Of a stretch of 64,000 nt of DNA, positions 58,303-64,000 are shown piece by piece. Source of the stretch: Chrysomallon squamiferum (lineage: Eukaryota; Animalia; Mollusca); assembly GCA_012295275.1 (NCBI GenBank), contig CM022670.1, forward strand, positions 13,764,001 to 13,828,000. Direction: 5' to 3'. The position numbers and the translations under genes were made by a program. The notes beneath the pieces are model-generated. The model saw nothing but the letters and a program-made list of their open reading frames with translations, searched no databases and was not told the origin of the DNA. The stretch's first letter is position 1; each line of letters opens with the position of its first letter.

Positions 58303-61300
58303 TATTATTTATTATTTAATTACTTACATATTTCGCTAATCTGAAAAAAAAGAAGATAAAATACATTCATGTCAATTAATTTTAAAGCTAATTTGTGCTA
58401 AAAACATTTTGTTGTGTTCTACAGGCCCGCCGATATTAACATACATTATGCATATATTTAAATGCATAATTAATTACTGAAACTCCAAATGGAAAAAGGT
58501 GCCATTTCTTTATCCCTCAGTCAAACATTTAAAATAAAATTAATGATGACTGAATTATGGGATAGCGGCTTCAGAGACAGAGCGAGACATACATATAAGA
58601 TTATACTGATATCGAAAATAAATAAATAAACGATTATTACTTGCTGGTATGCTTCTGCTTGTTTTTTTTACTATGACTTTTCTCTCTGAAAGTTTATCGA
58701 AGTAAACTTTAAGTAGGTCAGAACTGATGTACGTGTATTTCAGTCCCAGTACAGAGAGAATCTTCAGTAAGTTGTCATTTCTGTAGGTGCTCAAACTCGT
58801 GAAGAAATTTTCGTCTCTGAAATTACGAAAAGTAATGATAAATTTATTAAAAAAAAAAAAATAATAATAATAATAATTACATTATCATTATAGTTATTAT
58901 AATTTGTGTTCTTTATTGTAAACGTATTATTATTGTTGTTTATTTCATGTTTTTGTTCTTTATTATGCAAAATCAAATACATTCGGAAGCAATAAGACAT
59001 TGTATCAATAGGCCCAGACTCTCCTCTTGCTTTGCTTTCTATCAGCAAATATGGCTTTTAAATAAATTTTATTAAATCAAACTACCTGATATACGACTCA
59101 AGAAGCTGCACCAAAGGAGCGCTATGTCCGTTCGGTGATGTTTCAAATTGCAGAATTTTCTTTCGCCATTCTGAGAACGGCAAAAATTCCACAGGATATC
59201 CGTGAGCATACATCCATTCATATATCCATCTAGAAAAATAAGAGTAATAAGTCTGAATGACGCACAGTTGTGCTCTCTCTCTCTCTCTCATTTAATTTTT
59301 TATATATTTATTTATTTATTTAAATTCATGAAACCTTTTTAATGGAAATATAACTTATTATATATGTGATAAGTTATTATTTTCCATACTGGGAACTATT
59401 TTTTTTTTGTGCTATAGGGTTTTGTTAAAGGACCCATTTCTGTAAATGAATATTAGCTATACTACCTACCTGGATTTCAAAGGTTTTGTATTAATTATAT
59501 GAAATATCTTCCTCATTGAGACCGGTGGATCCTGGGTCAGCCTGACGATAACGTGGGCAGCGAAGTCCACAGGCGTCATCTCAACGTCCCAGTCAACGTC
59601 AGGGGCGATGCCGTATTTAGCACAGGCCTGGAGTATTAATAAAGTCAGGTCTTGCGGGTTCCAAAAAGCATTTTGTCTGTCGCCAGACATATTTCCTGAA
59701 AATGCAGAGGAAATAAAATTATTATGTTAGTTTTTCGTTATAGATGATGAACTGATTAACGAATAAATATTTCTTTGGCACTGAATGATATTAAGTGTCA
59801 AGTATATTTATTTGGATGTTGTTGTTGTTGTTTTTTTTGGTTTGTTTTTTTCGTTTTGTTTATTTTTTTATTTCTTTGTTGTCCACCATCATTCTGTGGC
59901 AGAGAACAGCTGAAACGGACTTTTGTATAGATATCCTGTAGATAGGAATATTTTTGGCGAATTAGTCGAAGTATAGGTATGTTATTATTTTCAAATATTA
60001 CTTTTTACTGTTTTTATTTTTAATAAATGTGTGCGTTTATTTCGGAAAAGAGGAATTTGTGCGCTGACGAATAAAATAAAAAAAACTTTTAAAATTTGTT
60101 TGTATTTAAAAATTAATTTGGGAGATGCGAGAATAGGACAAATGATGCGAAAACTGGATCCAGAGATGATAATTGTGTATAATCTTCTATTTGTCTAATT
60201 ACCTAATCTGTATATGATGACGGGAAGTCCTCTTTCGCCTGCCCTTTGAATCAGTTGCTCGGCAACCCATTTAGACTGAGAGTAGCCATCTTGAAGTTTG
60301 TCATGGTATGCAGAAACATCATCATCTTCCGAACAATCTTTCATTCCATGTGGGAACACAGCATCAGTGCTAAAAAGTAAATAAATTAATTAACTAATAC
60401 AAAATGACTGAGTGTAAGGTGGTAACTGTAACAGTTCTAATAGCAGTCGGAACAAAATGTAAATATTCCTACCGTAATACTTTTAAGAAACATAAAAAAT
60501 ATTTTTTTTGAAAAAAAAATAAAATAAAATACGCATGAAGATGGATACTTTTCATTTAAAATGAAAAATGTAAGTAAAACAAAATGTAATGCAGATGTGA
60601 AGACCACTCGGAACTTCAAAGAGAACATTATTTTGAACTTTCTCATTTTGAAATTCTGAAGACAGCAGATGATTTGGGGGCAGACTAACCTGATATAATG
60701 AATAGGTTTGACTTTTCCTGTTGAAGCAAACAGCACTATGTTTCCAGTTCCAAGAACGTTCGGCCCGTGCAGTGCCTGTGAATAAAAAAATGAGTAACAA
60801 AAAAAAAAATGAAACTGTCCTGCCAAAATGATCGAAAATGAATAGTACGTAACGAATTCTAATTAAGTTTTAATACAAAAATAACAACAACAACAACAAC
60901 AACAACAAATAATAATAATAATAATCTTATTTGAAAACAACAACACCAACACCAACAAAAAGAAAAAAAACAGAAACCAAAATAATAAAAATAATAATAA
61001 TAATAATTAAAAAACTGTATTTATCCTAATAATTAGTTTCATTCTGAAAAAGCTAGTAATTCCCAATTGAATTTTCTGGGAAACCTAGAGGTGATCCGTT
61101 ACATCCGTGTTTGGAAAGCCAATCATTTATTTTCACATTTTCACATTTGTTAACTTACGCTGTAGGGGTAGGCAAGGTTCACAGTTGCGGCGGCATGTAT
61201 GACGAAATCGATGTCGGTGCAGAGGTAAATGTAGTCGTCTTCATTCAGTCCCATGTTCATCAAAGCTACATTGCCTGAGGTAGATATGTTTTTTGTATTT

Positions 61301-61587
61301 ATACAGTATTTATTTCAGCGTTTAACACATTTATTAAACAGTGCCCTAAAATATATCAGAGAATTTAACCGGTAATGTTTAACCAAAGATTATCGATCAT
61401 TGTTATGTGACTATTGATATTTCGGACAAATAAAGTAGATAACTGTTCTGGGGATATACGTAGAATTAATATATATATAGACATACATACTGAACTACAG
61501 TCTGTAAGCCTAGCCATTACTCAAACAAAAATTAAAAAGATGGAGGGAAAAGACAAGAAATAAAACCAAAACACAAATTAAAAGTGA

Positions 61588-61647
<60 letters not shown>

Positions 61648-61950
61648 TAAATTCATATACCTTTGAGAGCTGTCACTCTCTTGGATAACTCTTGTTCCAG
61701 TAAACGTTCTTCTTCTTTCAGATTTTCTGTCTCGTCATTTATTATCCCAAACTGTCTCAGTGTCTGTTTTATCCTGTCCATTTCGGACATGCGCGGCCTC
61801 TCTCTTACCAAGCAGTACACCAGCAGCTACGTTAACAAAGTTAAAACTACATAACTTAGTTATTTACAAAATAACAAAAATCAATAAACTGATCAGAAAA
61901 TAAGAACGTACTATTCGATAATTTCCTAGGCCATCTGTACATACCACACT

Positions 61951-61982
<32 letters not shown>

Positions 61983-63403
61983 CATATGTGGTGTGTGAGT
62001 GTGTGTGTGTGTGTGTGTGCGCGCGCGCGCGCGAGTATAGGCAGCAGATAAAAAATTGAAGCAATCAAAAGATATACACACAAACACACACAGATACTTT
62101 TTTGTTGTTGTTGTTACCTTTGTATGCAAGAGTAATTCTTTAAGTATAAAGGCTCCCAGGAAACCAGTGGCCCCGGTCAGCAGCACTCGACCTGTGTGGA
62201 AATGATGTCCATGATGAAACGTCCGCCAAAACGCACGAAGCTGAATGTCCAAGCTGTTGACCAGAAACATACCAGCTATAATATTTTCGGTATATTAATC
62301 ATGAAAATCGTGTGTTAAATATTACAATGAACAATGCATTGATTGCCTGTGTTTTCCTTTTCATATATTTCCTGCAATTTAAATCCATTTCTTTTTGTTA
62401 ATGTATTTATATGTACATAAGAATGTACGGACGTAAAGACATATCTACTTTTGTAAAAGAAACAAAATAAATAAATAAAGCACAACAAAATATTTGTATT
62501 TCATAACAAGAAGCATTTGTAAGTTCATCTGTTGTATTATGTATCATTTTTATGTCCAGTTGAGGTACCTATTGGTATACTGCTTTGAATGACAAATACA
62601 TATGTATACACACATAAATAACATGCGCGCATATATAGACACTTACTTGACAACACCTTGGTCATGACTGTCGACCTCCGCTTTCAAGTCCAAGGTCGGT
62701 TTTATATCACTGGAAATATACAGTTTTAAATACTATGCACATATACAAACGTATTACACACATATAAACAACAATATTATAAATACGTGTTTAAAAATAT
62801 TACAATATACATATATATATATATATATATACAAGATATTATAATAATGTATTCAAAAAATGTAATTATATGTAACATATTTTAAGTAAGTGTTTCAAAG
62901 TGACAAATCCAAGACAATGGTGCATTATTAAAGAAATAAAAGTTCAAAAATCGAGTTTGATCATTTATATTTTAATTTCTATGTATATCTGATTAATCTA
63001 AATTATTAATAAATAATTATTTAAAAAAAAAAAAAAAAAAGATATAAAATTAATGCACACTGTTTGAAAGCACAACTAGGTTCAATGTTGGGAGATGTCT
63101 GATCAGATACCATTCTGCTTTAATTAACAAAATACACATAAAAGAATATTTAACTGTACAAAAATGCATTATAGCTTATTTGGTCGTACCCAACCCCAGC
63201 AAAACTTTCAATCTCGAAACGATTACCTTTCTTTGATAATGTCGACATCGACTCCATTTTGAATACCAGCATTCTGGAGTTTATAGTCGATGAGTTTTCC
63301 CAGGCTGGACACAGTGGGGTACGTGAACAGATCTCGTACAGCGATGTCTGTCTCGTACTCCTCGCGTATTTTGTTCAGTAGCTGTGCCGCTAGCAGGGAA
63401 TGG
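55280..63403 (-). CDS. NRPS-like reductase, ATRR (glycine betaine reductase)-type architecture: carrier (T) + thioester reductase (R1) + classical SDR (R2); 5'-partial, ~733 aa visible
   Basis: Exons 63227-63403, 62647-62709, 62118-62253, 61661-61826, 61159-61274, 60690-60775, 60203-60369, 59470-59695, 59086-59229, 58641-58816, 57312-57520, 56950-57090, 56524-56616, 55919-56077, 55280-55423 (TAA), all phase-consistent. T: (G)[21 protein letters not shown]1: [49 protein letters not shown]2: [46 protein letters not shown]. Confidence 0.92.
55470..55908. repeat. Degenerate (TAG/TAA)n trinucleotide tract filling the last intron of the NRPS-like gene
   Basis: Direct inspection. It generates the spurious poly-V, poly-T and poly-L ORFs. 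Confidence 0.9.
56322..56376. repeat. (CT)n microsatellite
   Basis: Direct inspection. Confidence 0.95.
58328..58340 (-). other. Candidate 13-nt micro-exon at the R1/R2 domain boundary
   Basis: Minus strand: ttttatcttcttttttttcag ATTAGCGAAATAT gtaagt, a strong polypyrimidine tract and a consensus donor. Confidence 0.65.
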
Positions 63404-63412
63404 CTGGACACA

Positions 63413-63449
<37 letters not shown>

Positions 63450-63462
63450 GTAATATTAATAA

Positions 63463-63493
<31 letters not shown>

Positions 63494-63660
63494 AAGAAGA
63501 AGAAGAAGAAGAAGAAGACGAAGATGAAGACGAAGAACAAGAACAAGAACAACAATAACTAGTATTACTACTACTACTGCTATTACTACTACTATTATTT
63601 TCGTTTTCGCTATGATAATAATAATAATAATAATAATAATTATTATTATTATTATTATTG
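63413..63660. repeat. Compound (TAA)n(GAA)n(TAC)n microsatellite in the intron upstream of the carrier-domain exon
   Basis: Direct inspection. Confidence 0.92.
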
Positions 63661-64000
63661 TATTCAGTTTGATTATTAAGATAAAGAAAGCAAAATACTT
63701 TAATAGTTATACGAAAGAAAAAAAAAAAAGAAAATGAAGAAAGACTCTAACAATACATATTAAAGTGTACTGTAGTGACATGTAGAAAAGAAAGAAGAAG
63801 AAAAGCTGTTCTTAGTCAAATATCTAATTAATACTGTATCATTAAATCATTTTCAAAGCGTGAAGCAAAACAGTCTTCTTTCTCCTCTGATGAGTGCTTA
63901 TTGTTTCATTTTAAAAATATATTTAATATTGTAAAGTATTTTTTTTTCATTATTATTTTGATTTTATTTTTAATTAAGATTTCAAGGAATGGAAGCGAAA

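Noticed and set aside
58641-63403. Lys2 aminoadipate reductase, fatty acyl-CoA reductase, or microbial contamination
   Set aside because: Fatty acyl-CoA reductases lack a carrier domain, Lys2 lacks a second SDR, and the introns carry the same microsatellite types as neighbouring genes.
63404-63562. Hydrophobic poly-F/L 'signal peptide' on the carrier-domain ORF, and the poly-N/K ORF on the plus strand
   Set aside because: Intronic (TAA)n(GAA)n microsatellite. The true exon starts at the acceptor before 63403.

Overview
AT-rich, microsatellite-rich, intron-rich animal DNA (invertebrate, probably mollusc; this is inference from composition and repeats). Most ORF-track entries are intron read-through or microsatellite artefacts, so I rebuilt genes by hand from GT-AG exons with phase checks. 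Five genes: (1) + strand SLC35D/fringe-connection-type nucleotide-sugar transporter (10 exons, 916-10428, 5' end missing); (2) - strand 31-exon, ~1400-aa uncharacterised protein with N-terminal LRRs and an acidic tandem-repeat exon (13993-45976); (3) intronless 452-aa ankyrin-repeat gene nested antisense in an intron of gene 2; (4) - strand Cys-rich annexin (48381-52518) with a probable alternative N-terminus; (5) the 3' part of an NRPS-like enzyme (carrier domain + thioester reductase + C-terminal SDR, 55280-63403), matching the T-R1-R2 portion of fungal glycine betaine reductase ATRR. Most interesting: the animal ATRR-like gene, a 13-nt micro-exon at its R1/R2 boundary that could switch between full-length and SDR-less enzyme, and an unexplained antisense spliced element in an SLC35D intron.
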